Made by a program: the position numbers and the translations under genes. Under the pieces are notes generated by a model that had not been told where the DNA came from, made no database searches, and was given only the letters and a program-made list of their open reading frames with translations. 64,000 nucleotides of DNA from the human T2T-CHM13v2.0 reference genome, Homo sapiens: assembly GCF_009914755.1 (NCBI RefSeq), contig NC_060932.1. The stretch is one strand, 5' to 3'. This document shows positions 17,827 to 33,590 of the stretch, piece after piece (positions within the stretch are counted from its first letter, which is position 1; every line of letters begins with the position of its first letter).

Positions 17827-19299
17827 AAAATAAGAGAGATCAGAACAAGGATCACCGAGGAAAGAAAGAAAAAAAAATAAGAGAAGATACACTGGGAAAA
17901 AATCAAAAATAAAAATAAGTAAATAAAGTTCATTAAAAATAGAATTTGAAACAATAAAAATAAACAGGCAAAAAGATTATTTTGGTTTTTAATAAAAGGA
18001 ATCCACAGAGAAAATGTAAGGGTAAAATGTTGATGGCATGCACTTAATGGTATAGTTTTGAAAAATAAATAACATAAATTAAGGAAATGCAAAACATAAT
18101 CCACAGGGAGATTTTAAAACACTGTCTCTGAAATTAACAAACCATTCAGAGGTTCTGAATACAAACTATTGTGCTGGTTCTAATGGATACCTATAAAGTT
18201 TTACACACAACAAAGGAAGAAAATATTTTTCAAACACCCATGACGTAGTTATTGAAAAAAATCATCAAGCCAAAAGACAAAGTCTTATTAAATTTTATAA
18301 ACAACAATGTATATTGAGTGCAGATTCTCTGCATAGTAAAATGAAAATAACAATAATGTCAAAACAATGAATAAAATAATATCTATGCTTTTGGAAATTT
18401 TAAAACTCTTTTTCAAATAATTGTTGGATGAAAAAAGAAATCAAAATGGAAACTACAGATTACTTATAAATGTATGACAGAGAACAATGCATTATATAAT
18501 CTTTGAGCTGCAGCTCAAGTGCTTTTTATACACTAAATGTACTCATTAAAAAAGAAAGACAAAAAATAAACATAAAATTCTAAGCATTCAAAGTTTTGAC
18601 AATGCTTTAGACAAATTTCTCCAAAGTATGCATAAATTAAGCTGAGAGAAAAAAATAATAAAGAGAAAGAAAAATAATACATAAAAGGAAAATCAAAGCT
18701 TTCTTTAAAAGGCCAAAGTAGGAGATCAATTTTTGTAAGCAAAAAATAAAAAAGATTCAAACGTCATTAGAAATGAAAAGACATCCACTATACATATATA
18801 AATTTAAAAATATAAATTAAAAGGATGATTTTTCTAGGAAGATATAAATTATCAAAATTAAATAAAAGAAAAGTTAGGAAACTTGAATAAATCAATCTCC
18901 ACCAAAGGGAAAATTTAGTCAACAGACCCTAAACTTTATACCAAGCCTGAGAGATTTTTATGCACAAATTTTACAAAATATCTAATGAAGAGACTCTATT
19001 ATATAAATTCTTCCAAAGCATAGAAAATAAAAGGTAGAAATCTCCTGAATTTATTTGATAAGACAAGTATCCTGCTATAAAAACCGAACAATTATTATAC
19101 AAAACAGAAAACTATATTCTCCTTTATGAGCAAAAATACTAAATAAAACAGTATCAACTCAAAATCAGCAGTGAATAAAAAACATTATGCATCACGACCA
19201 ATGACAGTTTATTCCAGGAACACAAGGATTACTACACATTCATTTAAATCTGAATTCATAGAGAACTAAGGAGAAAAATGACATATACATTGAAGTATT

Positions 19300-20075
19300 A
19301 GTATGCATCGAGCACCCTTCTAGGCAATGAGGATGCAGTCATGAACAAAACAGAAGAAATCCCTGCCCTTATGGAGCTTACATTTTAGTGGGGGAAGATA
19401 GACAACACACAAATAAACAAAATGTACAATATGTCAGATGCTCATAGGAGCTGTAGAGAAAAACTAAACAGGAAAATAGGAGAGGAAGAAGTAGGTGTTG
19501 TGAAAATTTAGTGGAGTGGTGAGGGAAGAATTTATAGAAAAGCTGACATTTTAGCAGAAACTTTAAATTGATGAGAGAGTAAGTGAGAGTAAGGGTAAAA
19601 GAACATGAGTCAAAGAGATAGTGAGGAAGGCTGACCATATAGAGTCTTAGATGACACTGTCAGAATTCTGGCTTTTGCTCTCAGTTAGCTGGGAAATGGA
19701 GGAATTTGAGCAAAGATATAATCTGAGTTACAAATTTAAAGAATCTTTCTGGTTCCTATGTTGAGGATAGATGACCAAGGCAGAATTAAGAAGACCAGAC
19801 AGGAGGCTAATGCAATAATCCACCAAGAGGTGATGATTGATTGAATCAACATGGAAGTGGTAGAAGTGATGGAGGTAGTGAAATGATTCTGCAGGTCTTT
19901 GGAAAGTACAGCCAACAGGATTTTCATTTGTATGATAAAATTTGAGAGCAAGTCTAGTGTCATGAATGATGCCCATGACTTCTATCCAAAAGAACTAGCA
20001 GTTTAGAGGTGTCATTTCTATGATGGGGAAAGTTGCAAGAGGAGCATGTTGGAGAGGAGGGCTGTGGGATATGCA
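19300..20075 (-). mobile_element. L2a fragment
   Basis: 'atgaacaaaacagaagaaatccctgcccttatggagcttacattttagtggggg..aggaggctaatgcaataatcca'. Confidence 0.8.
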
Positions 20076-20466
20076 CAACAAGCTATACATATCGCAATCA
20101 AACGTGTGAAGCAGCCCCAACAGTAAAGGAGAAGAAAAGAATACTCCTAATTGTGGTAGTTAATTCAACATTGCTCTCAATCTCCTAACTACTGTGTGGA
20201 TACTATGTGTGTGTGTGTATACATACATACACACACACATACATATACATGGACTATGAAAATTTTCTTCATTTTGAAAACAAAGATATTATTGGCATTA
20301 TTTGAAGAGATCGTAACTATCCAGAAAATCAGAAATAATAAAGACAAAGATTTAGAAAGTTCAGCAAGGTAAATGGATATTAGATCAACATGAAAATATC
20401 AATAGCTTTCTTATACTCCAACAATAATCAATTATAATATTTAATTGAAAAAAGATACTCTTTGTA

Positions 20467-20777
<311 letters not shown>

Positions 20778-20959
20778 CTATTTGTAATAGCATCAAAAAC
20801 TGTAAAATATCTAAGAATAATCTAACAAAAAGTAAACAAAGCCCATACAGGCTAAAAAATATTAAAGAATAGCTAGAGAGAAAACTTAATATCAAAAAAG
20901 TCAATTATTTTCCATGTGGATCTATAAATTCATTGAAATCCCCCTTCAAAATCCTACCA

Positions 20960-21451
20960 GTGAAACAGAATAGAGAACCCAGAAATAAATCCACATTTTT
21001 ATAGCCAACTGATCTTCAACAAAGCTGACGAGAACATACACTGGGGAAAGGACACCACCTTCAATAAATGGTGCTGGGAAAACTGGGTAACTATACACAG
21101 AAGAATGAAACTGGACTCCATATCTCTCACCAGATGCAAAAATCAACTCAAGATGGAAAAAGACTTAAACCTAAAACCCAAAACTGTAAAAACTACTAGA
21201 AGAAATCTTAGGGAAAACTTTTCAGGACATTGGTCTAGGCAAAGATATTATGGCTAAGGCCTTAAGAGCATAGACAACAAAAGCAAAAATAGACAGATGG
21301 GACTATTAAACTAAAAATCTTCTGCACAGCAAAAGTAACAATCAACAGAGTGAAGAGACAATCTGTTGAATGGGAGTAAATATTTGCAAACTACTCATCC
21401 AGCAGGGTACTAATAGCCAGAATATACAAGGAACTCAGACAACTCAACGGT

Positions 21452-21492
<41 letters not shown>

Positions 21493-22782
21493 CAAAAACA
21501 AATAATCCCATTAAAAATGGGCAAAGACGATGAATAGACATTTCTCAAAATAAGATGGACAACAGAAAAAAAATGCTTAGCATCATTAATCATCAGGATC
21601 ACGGAAATGCAAATGAAAACCACCATGAGATATCATCTTACCCCAGGCAGAATGGCTAATATCAAAAAGACAAAAAAATAACATATTGGCAAGGATGTGG
21701 AGAAAAGGAAACTATTATACACTGTTGGAGTGAATGTGAATTAGTAAAGCCATTATGGAACAGTATGGAGATTTCTCAAAAAATTAAAAATAAAACTGCC
21801 AAGAGATCCAGCACTCCTATTACTGGGTATTTACCCAAAGGAAAACAAATCTATATATCAAGGGAAAACATGTACTCCCATGTTTATTGCAGCACTATTC
21901 ACAATAGCAAACATGTAAAATCAACCTACAAGTCCATCAGTGAATGAATGGATAAAGAAAATGTATTTATACACATTGTAATACTATTCAGCCATGAAAA
22001 AGAATGAAATTATGTCATTTGCAGCAACATAGATAGAATTAGAGGTCATTGTGTTCAGTGAAATAAGCCAGGCACAGAAAGACAAATATTGCATGTTCTC
22101 AGTCATATGTGGGAGTGAAAAAAGTTGATCACATGAGAGTATGATAATACTAAAGAGAATGATAAATACTAGAAACTGGGAAGGACATATGGGTGGGGGT
22201 GGGGAGATAAAGAGAGGTTGGTGAATGGGTACAAACATATAGTTAGATAAAAGAAATACAAGCTGGGCATGGTGGCTCACGCCTATAACCCCAGCACTTT
22301 GGGAGGCTGAGGCAGATGGATCACTTGAGGTCAGGAGTTCAAGACCAGCCTGGCCATCATGGCAAAACCCATCTCTACTAAAAATACAAACATTAGCTGA
22401 GCGTGATGGCATGTGACTGTGATCCCAGCTACTTGGGGCTGAGGCACAAGAATCGTTTGAACGCAGGAGGCAGAGATTGAAGTAAGCCAAGATCGTGCCA
22501 CTTCACTCCAGACTGGGTGACAGAGTGAGACTCTGTCTCAATAAATAAATAAATAAATGTTCTAATGTTTGATAGCAGAGTAGGGTGAGTATAGTTAAGA
22601 GCAATGTATTGTACTTTTAAAATAGCTAGAAAAGAGGACTCAAAATGTACCCAATACATAGAAATGATAAATACTTGGGTGATGGATACCCTAAAACTCT
22701 GACTTTATCATCACATATTCTATGCATGTAATAAGATACACATGTACCCCATAAATATGTACAAATATAAGTATAAAAAAAT
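20960..22782 (+). mobile_element. L1MA (MA2-MA4-like) 3' portion with Alu insertion
   Basis: ORF2 end 'ttcaataaatggtgctgggaaaactgg', 3' UTR 'gatggataccctaaa..catgtaccccataaatatgtac'; (AAAAC)n at 21452-21500. Confidence 0.88.
22261..22557 (+). mobile_element. AluS (Sx/Sz-like)
   Basis: Dimeric Alu with (TAAA)n tail inside the L1MA 3' UTR. Confidence 0.95.
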
Positions 22783-23289
22783 TTAAGTATTACTTAGATC
22801 ACATCAAATTGTGTGATAATAATAATAGCAAAAAAAACTTAACAGAACAACTTCATGAAACTTGGCAAGCCAATTCTAAACTTCACCTAGAAAAGAAAAT
22901 ATGCAAAAAGAGGCAACAAAATTCTGAAAAAGAAGAAAAATAACAGGAAATGTCTTATCAACTTGATAAAGAGTAATTTAAAACATGCTGTATTGGCTCA
23001 AGGATGGACGAATGGATCAATGAAAGAAATTATGGTTCAGAACAGATTTATATATACATGGGAATTTGTAATATGACAGAAGTAACTTTTCAAATTATGA
23101 GGAATAATAAAGACTGGTCAAGAAATAATGTCAGGATAATTGGACATTCGTATAGGAAAAATCTCTAATCCACAATGAACATAAAAACAAATTTCAGACA
23201 GGTCAAAGATATATCTTTGTTGTTCAAATATGTAGCCACTATCCAAAGGTGACTAATAAAACTTAAAATTAATAAAATTAAAATGTTAA

Positions 23290-25060
23290 TGGGGAAAAGA
23301 ATCATTTCTTCAATAAATAGTACAGAGAAAATTAGATTTCCACGTGCAAAACAATGAGATCAGATCCTTATCTCACACCAGACCAAAAAATCAACTCAAA
23401 ATGTATAAAAGACCAAAATGTAAGACTAAAACCATAAAACTCTTGGAAAACAACATAGGGAAAAACTCCTTGGCAGTGATTTTTTTGGATCCCATACCAA
23501 AATCTCATTCTACAGAAGCAAAAATAAATAAATAAATAAGACTACATCAAACTAAAAAGCTTCTGCAAAGCAAAGGAAACAACAAAATGAAAAGGCAATC
23601 TGTGGACCGGGAAAACATATTTGCAAGCCACATACCTGAAAAAGAATTAATAATTAAAATTTATTTTTTAAAAAACTCTCAAAATTAAATCACAATAAAT
23701 AAATAAATAAATACATAAATAAATAAAATAAAAGAATGAAGGACCTGAAAAGACTTTCTCTAAAGAAGATATAAAAATAGTCAACAAGCATATGAAAATG
23801 TGCTCAACATCACTAATTATCAGGGTAAAGCAAATTAAAAACACTGTAAGATATCACCTCACACCCATTAAGGTGGCTATTATCAAAAAGATGAGAGATA
23901 ACAAATGTTGGCCAGGATGTGGAGAAAAGAGAACCGTTATATGCTGTTGGTGGGAAGGTAGACTGGTTTAGCCATTATGAAAAATAGTATGGAGGTTCCT
24001 AAAGAATTTAAAAATGGAAATCTCATGTGACCCAGTGTATTAGTCCATTTTCATGCTGCTGATAAACACATACTGAAGACTAGAAAGAGAAAGGGGTTTA
24101 ATTGGACTTACAGTTCCCCATGGCTGGGGAGGCCTGAGAATCATGGCTGGAGGCAAAAAGCACTTCTTACACGGTGGCAGCAGGAGAAAATGGGAAGGAT
24201 GCAAACGCAGAAACCCCTGATAAAACCATCAGATCTCATGAGACTTATTCACTACCACGAGAACAGTATTGGGGAAACTGCCCCCATGATTCAAAGTATC
24301 TCCCACCAGGTCCCTCCCACAACACATAGGAATTATGGGAGTACAATTCATGATGAGATTTGGGTGGGGACACAGAGACAAACCATATCACCCAGCAATC
24401 CCTCTTCTGGTATCGGAGATGAAATCACCACCTTGTAAAGATACCTGCACTTCTATGTTTGTTGCAACATTATGCACAATAGAGAAGATATGGAAACAAC
24501 ATAAGTATCCATCAATGGATAAAATATATAAATAACACACACATGAAATATTATTAAGCCTTTTAAAAAAAAAAGGAGATCCTGCTATTTGCTACAACAT
24601 GGATGGACCTGGAGGACATTATGCTGAGTGAAATAAGCCAGGCACAGAAAGAAAAATATCACATGATCTCACATGTGGAATTTTTTTTAAAAAGAAGGGT
24701 CAAATATATAGATAGAAAATAAAACTGTGGTTACAGGGAATGGGGGAGGCAGGTGGAGGAAATGAAAAGATGCAGGCCAAAGGATACAAAGTAGCAAATA
24801 AGCTTATTTTCTCACAGTAGTAGATATGTAGCATAAACAAGTCTAGGAATCTAAAGCACAACATAAGGACTATAGTTAATAAATCATATTATATTTGGGA
24901 TTTTTGTTTACTAAGTAGATATTAGCTGTTCTTGTCATAAAAATAGTAACTATATGAGATTTGCTTCAGTATGGTATCCATTTTACTATCTATATTTACC
25001 CCATAACATCATGTTGTAAACCTTGAGTGTACACTATAAAATTTATTAACAATAAAATTA
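23290..25060 (+). mobile_element. L1MA5/6-like 3' portion interrupted by a THE1 LTR
   Basis: 'tacatcaaactaaaaagcttctgc', 3' UTR 'aggatacaaagtagca..ccataacatcatgttgtaaacc'. Confidence 0.85.
24036..24390 (-). mobile_element. THE1 (A/B) solo LTR
   Basis: 'tgtattagtccattttcatgctgctgata..gagatttgggtggggacacagagacaaaccatatca'; perfect 5-bp TSD 'cccag' at 24031-24035 and 24391-24395. Confidence 0.95.
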
Positions 25061-25075
25061 AATTAAAGTGAATTA

Positions 25076-25644
<569 letters not shown>

Positions 25645-26031
25645 TTAAAGTGGCTGAGAAATCTGTAAGCTAACTTCAATTTATTTAACTCAATATGTCT
25701 CAAATTTATTTATCAAATTCTCCCTCGCCACAACTGTTTAGGAAATACAGCTGTAGTGTAAAAAAGACGGCCATGCAGAGGTCCATAGTAGTTCTATCTT
25801 AATGAAATAGAATTCTTTCTCTGTATTTACCAATACACTTGTAAATGATTGAGGCTTTAATATTTTTACTCTGGTCAGCTACTTAGTAAGTCTTTTCCTT
25901 CACAAATAACTCAGAGATAAACCCTAACTCTTCAAAAAATTATTATAAATTCCAACTACGTGTGATTCAAATAAAAAAGTATTTCTATATATCTACTAAC
26001 GAAAGTCTTGTTGGTTAAGACCAGTGGTTAC

Positions 26032-28501
26032 CTTCCCTTCTTGGGTCTCAGCTGAGGAGGAGGTTATTACTACTCACCATGTACCAGTAGGACAAATCAA
26101 AATTTGGCGGGGAAAGGGTAGCAGGGTGCCTCAGAGGACTTGTAATTTAAAAGAGCCTCTAGGAAGTTGTACTTACCTTTATGGGAACATACCTCCATCG
26201 CTAGCGAAGAACCACTGGTTAAAAGGATCTACTTTCAGCCAAAACAAATTTTTGTCTTCTATTTTCTACTTACTAACCCAAAGTCTCTCACTAGCTTACT
26301 ATGTCATTTACATGGCAGTCTGAAGTTTTAAACTTGCGATTTCTGTATTCCTCATACATCTACTCCAAAGTAGTAAAAAGCAGTCTTATCCGAAATATAG
26401 CCTATCAGCAAACATGTCTTCACAAAAATCTAATTCTTAGCTATCAAAAATTATGTTTTCTAGTTTCCAGAACTATTTTCAAAGTTTCCATTCAAACATT
26501 CTCCAAATATCATTTTTGCAAAGTAAGTTGACAATGTGGATATTTTAAACTCCATCTGCCTTTCCTCAGAATTAAAGCTGCAAACACCCTTCTAACTTTG
26601 ATTGTAAAACTGATTGACAATTTGTACCTTCAGTAGCAATAAAATATATCATTTATTTGAAGATTTCATCATAGAATTACAAAAGAGCATTCTGATATAT
26701 TAATACTGTACTTATTTAATATTTGTTAGGTAGAATTGGATGTATTTATGAATGAAAATTTCAATGTGCTTAATTTTATTTTCCATACCTTAGAATCCTG
26801 TTCACTAATCTTTTGAAAAATGACTATTTCATGTACTGGAAGTCAGTGAACTGTACACTTTTAAGTGGTTAAAATGGCAGGCTTTACGTCGCGTGAATTT
26901 TATCTCCATTTTTATTTTAAAATTTACCTCATTATCAGTCAAATCTTTTAAAATTAGCTAAAGATGCTGAGGACAAATCATCCCTCCCTAATAATGGGCT
27001 TTTGAACAACAGACGATTCCTTTGAAGTACCAAGCTCAGCCCCATAAGCCTCATTCTCCGTAATTCTGTAAATTACAGGCTATTTATTTTGCATCATACT
27101 CTTCCCACAAACTTCGTATTTTGGATACACAGTACTATAAAACAAGCATTCTTCACCGCTGATGGCAAAACCACTGTCCTAATCTGCCGTTCAGTTTAAA
27201 ATCTGATAATAATGGTTACTTTACCTCAAGAGAAATCCTACAGGCAAACATGTCATGAGTGGCCCAGTTTGACTGAGAACAGATCCAGGCCACTGGTCAT
27301 AAAGGGTAAACACTTAAGACATTTAACCCAGCCCAACAGTACTAAATGGAAGGGGATGGTCATCTGGATTATGAATCACCTAATTGACATGTCAGAAAAT
27401 AAGCATTTTATTGACAGAAGGTGATTATAGGGGAGAGTCATTTTTCATGTAAATAGCCAGATACCTTCCCTCCCTCTCTTTGTATTCATAGTTCTGGGGG
27501 AAGGGGGAGCAATCCTCTGCTACACTTTAGTATCACATGATACACTCGTTTATTTCTTGCTTTGGTTTTTGTTTCAACAGCTCTCCAGAAATCCGTAATT
27601 GTTCACAGTTTCTAAACAAATCTCAATTGTTTATAAGAGATCTTTAGCTTTCTCTGTACATCCTATCAGTAGTTTAATGAAGAATTTTACAAGGAAGATT
27701 GGTATTAGCTCCTTGTCCAACTCTTTCTCAGTTGGACACTTCTCAGTGGTTAGTATGCCAGTGGCATGGTAAACATGCACACACACCACACACACACCGC
27801 CGCCACCACCCACACACCACATATATTTCTCTCCGAGACTGGGACTGAACTAAGTACAAATGGCTTAATCTGTAAGATACTTGAGGTTAGGAGCCTGCTG
27901 TTACCTGTGTTTATACCTCCTCCTAACTCTGCTCTACCTCACTTGTGTTTAAAACAGTTGCTTTTATGTAGTAGGTACTCAGTAAATATTTGTTAATTTT
28001 GATTTGTTAATTAAATGTTTGTAACTTTAATTTTAATTTGTCAAGATGTATAGATGCCAGAAAATGTTATCAGGTATCTTCATGGTAGGATTAATACATT
28101 TGAATTGAAAAAATAATAATAATTTTTAAATTAAGACAAAGCATTGCACCGATTTCTCAGTTTTAAAATCGCATTTTATTTTAATTCTAGTATATGCAAC
28201 AGGCATTCAATAAGTGTTTTGGAAGTCACCTCAATTGAATTATCTTGTGGTCAGGTTTTCCAACTAACTCTCTGAATTCTATAAAGTATCTCATTCTCTA
28301 CTGCACGTTTACATATTTCCCACCTTTAAAATCCTTCTGTGGGACGATAACACCTTTAATCTAATTTATTTCTTTAGTAATGAGATTTTGGCTGAACAGG
28401 AGCTTTAATATATTCCATTTTACCTTGTAGAAATAATAGCCCTTGGCATTCTTGAGTCAATAAGTCAGAATCAAAGCCTAAACTGCAGACCTCACACACA
28501 G
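26032..28501 (-). other. Candidate chain of five small phase-compatible exons (28501-28424, 26835-26789, 26359-26300, 26228-26177, 26051-26032)
   Basis: All AG..GT bounded, with donors gtaaaa, gtatgg, gtaagc, gtaagt, gtaacc; the spliced frame is open; two acceptors are weak; peptide not recognised. Confidence 0.3.
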
Positions 28502-28960
28502 CTGATAATATAAAAGGAAGAGGCCCACTGTGTAAACATAAAAAAAAAAATAAGGAAATATATATATAGAAATAAGAGATAAGTGTTGTACTTCTAGGGA
28601 AAACTACCTACAGTTTTAAATTATTAAGATGTCGATTGCTATTGCATTTTCACAACAATTACATTTTCTTCCTATTTCTTTTATAATTTATAAAAATTGT
28701 AGGATTATTGATTTGTCTGTCCTCACCCCCTCAAACCCACCCACCAAGCTAGGGTGCCCAGTGGTTTCTACTCTTTTGTTTGCTGTGGAGGGGGCTATAA
28801 TATATACACATACCAAAAACTCTAGGTCTGTTCAGAATTGGCAACTAATAGTCCCCAACAATGTTTGACAGTCTCCAATCCTGCCTTTCTTTTGTTAAAA
28901 AAACGAGATTCAAGAATAACTCTCTTAAAGCAGGTCTTCTTTAAAAAATAAATCAATCCT

Positions 28961-29479
<519 letters not shown>

Positions 29480-29483
29480 TTAG

Positions 29484-29846
<363 letters not shown>

Positions 29847-30404
29847 CAAACACTTTTTATATTTCATGATTGGTTAGGTTAAAAGGATTGCAAATATCTT
29901 ACTGTCACAGGTGTTTGTTATAAACTTCAGGAATGACTTCTTGACTCTGGGAGTACCTAGAAGAAGATTCAAACCTACCTGCTCACAGTGGGAGCTAAGG
30001 CCCATTTTTCTAAATAACCAAGTTATTTTATAAAAGAAATTTTATAAAGACAGGGACATGTCAGGGATCTCAAGTAAGGCTTTAGTCATCTCTGGGAAGG
30101 GATAACGTCTCAAATTTCTTTCTATCCCCAGTGCACAGTTTAGTTTATAAGACTAGTATAATATCAATCAATATTTGGTATTAACGACTTGGAGAGTGGG
30201 AGAAGTCAAGGAGGTTTCTCAGATTTGGCAATAGGAAAAGCATATTACTTAAGATGGGAATAAGGAAATGTTGCTTATCCCAGTCACAATGAAAACCCAG
30301 AACCTCCAGAGGTAGCATTGAAAGGAAAATCTTCTGGAAGTAGGAAACATCTGGGCCACATGATGCCAATTCTGTTCTCTTGAGATTCATCTTCCCTTTC
30401 TGGG

Positions 30405-30620
30405 CAGAGTTTCTCAATATTAGCATTATGGACATTGTAAGCTGTATCGTCCTCTATTGTGGGGATATTCTGTGCATTGCAGGACTCAGTTTAGCATTAT
30501 CCCTTGTCTATCCACTAGATGACCATAGCATCCTCTCCACCAGTTAAGACAACCAAAAATGTCTCCAGACATTGCCAAATGTCCCCTGGGAGGCAAAATT
30601 GCCCCCAGATGGAACTACTA
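30405..30620 (+). mobile_element. MER20 (hAT-Charlie)
   Basis: 'cagagtttctcaa..gacaaccaaaaatgtctccagacattgccaaatgtcccctgggaggcaaaattgccccc'. Confidence 0.85.
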
Positions 30621-31436
30621 TTTTAGAGTCTCTCCTTGATTATCTCTGGCCTCAGGACATTCACTCCTTTAAAACTGGCCCAAGTGACAAATAGAAGAGC
30701 TAGGGAAATGCCATGTCAAAGAATGTACGGGCCACGGTAAATGACTCTTGGCTTCTTTAGAATGTGTGCGGAGCAGGATAGAAGGGATAACACCCCTGCA
30801 TTTTTTAAGGGGGTTAAAAACTGGCATGTGAAAGATATAAACCTTGACTCTCAGTGGCAAAAGTAATCGGTAATATATAATCATTAAACAGAATGATAGA
30901 AATGTAAAAAAAAACAAAAACAAAAACAACAACAACAAAAAAAACTGCTTGCTCAAGTGTGCCCAAGATTCATTGCTTCTGGGATACAACAAAGGGGAAA
31001 TAAATTCAGAAAGGATTATGAATCTAACTAATCTTATTTACAAGCTACGGCTGACTGAAGCACAGAGAAATAAATGATATTTTGAGACTTCTTCCTACCT
31101 CCTGCTTTGCCTCCTCTAGATAGATGCCAACTTTAAGTCTTTCTTAAAGGAAAATCTTCCCGGACACATGAAACCCTTAAAGACTAGATCACGAGTTCTT
31201 TCTGCGCCGACATTGCCAGATCTCCTGTCTCACTTCCTATCTGGGATATTTCTCTTCCCCAGGTAACTGAAACAGGAATTATCTCATTTGGATAACCATA
31301 TATTAATAAAATAAAATAACCATGACATTTATTCAATAAGAGGAAAGCAACTATAGTTTCAAGGGAGTTCTTTCCTTATGCAAGGTCACATGTTACATTC
31401 TAATCTAATTATCGTTAAAGTTACACATGCTCTCAC

Positions 31437-31683
31437 ATTTTTCTCACAACATCTACTGCTTCCTACTGATCTCTGAGAGTTCCAGTGAAGGACGTGGTGA
31501 ACAAGAGAATGAGAAGAATCTGTTTTTGGATGCTCAGTTGGCTGGTGTCTACACAACACATCTGCAAGTTGTGATGGACGTGTTAGATGATCAGAGACCA
31601 ACATTTCTGCTGTAAAGCCTTTCATTTGCTTTTCATCACAGTGACACACAATTTCCTGCATTCTCTGCCCCCTGGGGTGTTTT
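31437..31683 (-). other. Candidate exon (247 nt, open frame KHPRGQRMQEIVCHCDEK..SSRCCEKN)
   Basis: Strong acceptor 'atgttttctctttgcag|', donor 'AAT|gtgaga', 82 codons open, unique sequence. Confidence 0.4.
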
Positions 31684-32069
31684 CTGCAAAGAGAAAACAT
31701 TACTTTTGACTTTTAGCATATCTGCCCTAAATTAGCCTCATAAGTTCTCTGTGTTCTCCAAGACTGAAGGAGAAAAATTAACAGAGCAAAACTGAAAACT
31801 AAGTAGAACCAACAAATTCTATATTTTTTGGAGAAAGTCTCAGTAGAAGAACAGTTGTACTGGGCTGAGAGCAATCCTCCAAGCAGAAACCAATGAGTAA
31901 GACCAATTCTAACAGGTGTTTGAAAACAAATTCACAGAGAGTTTAGGAACCATCCTGAAGTCTCCAAAAATACTTGGAAGTACACTTGGGCTCAAAAAGA
32001 TGCATATTCCAAGTGATAAAGAAACCAGAACAAAAAGTTTGTTTATTTTTGAGGAAGCACTTGGGACAG

Positions 32070-32195
32070 CATCAGCTTAACCATTACCCACGGCTTTGAG
32101 TCCTACAGCAGCCACTTATTTGCTGTTTGGTGTTAAACAAGTCATTTAGCCTCTTCTCTTCTCAGTTCCCTCATCTGTAAAGTGAGAGTCTAGAT
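32070..32195 (+). mobile_element. MIR
   Basis: 'gccacttatttgctgt..caagtcatttagcctc..ctcagttccctcatctgtaaagtg'. Confidence 0.65.
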
Positions 32196-32899
32196 AATTT
32201 TTTTGAGTTCTTGGAGCGTATGTGCTTTTTTTTTAGATTGGAAGTTCTCATAATTATTTTTAATAGAAATGTGTGGAATAAGGATTTTGTCATGCAAACT
32301 TTTTTCCAAAATATTCTCTGACCTTAATTCTCTTACCTTCCATTAAATATGATATTCATTGATTTGACACTGTCTACTCTGCCCAAACTGTCTTTCTGAA
32401 CACTTACTTCTGTTTCACTCACTTGTACTTCCACCATCTTTGCTTGTATGAAGCCTACTCACTTGTTAAGTCTTGCCTCAAGCATTGACCTCTCCTGGCA
32501 CATATTCCATTTGCTAAACAGCTTTCTGCAACACCCTCTGCATGTATCTATCTGTACTTAACATGATATATTAAAAATGATCTGTTTCAGGAAGTTCTGT
32601 AAGTGGAATCATATCTCTTTTATCTTTGTATCTGCAGTGCCTGGCCTAATGACTACTAAATAATAAGCCATTGAAAAAATACATATTTAGTTTCTCTTGT
32701 TTAATGTATCTGTGAATACAGTGCCTAGCCTCACAGAAACAGTACTCTAACCAGTGTGTTACTATAAAATGAGGTGATTCTACCCTGTTTTATATTGTAT
32801 TCTAAAGCAGGACAGAGGACTAAAGGAAAATTCAAAAAGTGAGTGATTATTCAACTTTTAGAAGAAAACTTTAAATAAACATAAATTGCATGGCCAAAG

Positions 32900-33590
32900 T
32901 AAAAGATAAAGTCCTATAAGGGTTTATAAGACCTACACAGTCTGGCTCAACCCCTACCCACTACCTCTATGACCTCAGCCACTTCATTCTCACCCCTCCT
33001 CTCCTAGTCCAGTCCAGCCAAAGCCAGTCACATCCAGCCTTGGGGCATTTACATTTAGTATTTTCTGGCCTAAATCTCCACTCTCTGGTTAACCACATGT
33101 CTTGATCTTCATCTCCTTTTAGGTCTTCGGTCAGAAGTCACCTTCCTAGTGAAGTCTTCCCTGACCACCCTGTTTAAAATTGCAATAGCCAATCCACTTC
33201 ACTCCTTAGTCCCCTTCTTTATTTTTCTCTAGATTTTATCAACATTCAACATACTATGTATTTTACTTATTTGTCTTGCTTTATTGTTTGTCTGTCTCCA
33301 GTAGAATCAAAGCTCTAAACGTATTAACTATTGTGTATAACCCTATTTACCCTGTGCCTAGCACAATGCCTGGAACACAATAAGTGCTCAGTAAATAATT
33401 AATAGCTAAGCAAATACACAGTCAATGTGCATGACCTTGATCAAATTATCTACATATTTCCTAGTGGCTTATGTATCTAACCAAAAACTGAACTCAGTAC
33501 ATGAGTATCAAACTGCCTACCTGACATCTCTACCTGAATGGCTACTATGCAACTCAAGCTTAGCAAGTCTAAAACCGATTGCTTGATCTT
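32900..33590 (+). mobile_element. L2 fragments
   Basis: 'gtgcctagcacaatgcctggaacacaataagtgctcagtaaata', 'aactgcctacctgacatctctacctgaatg'. Confidence 0.7.

Noticed and set aside
29979-30009. 31-nt exon linking the 31437 and 28501 candidates
   Set aside because: The phase fits but the required frame has two stops.
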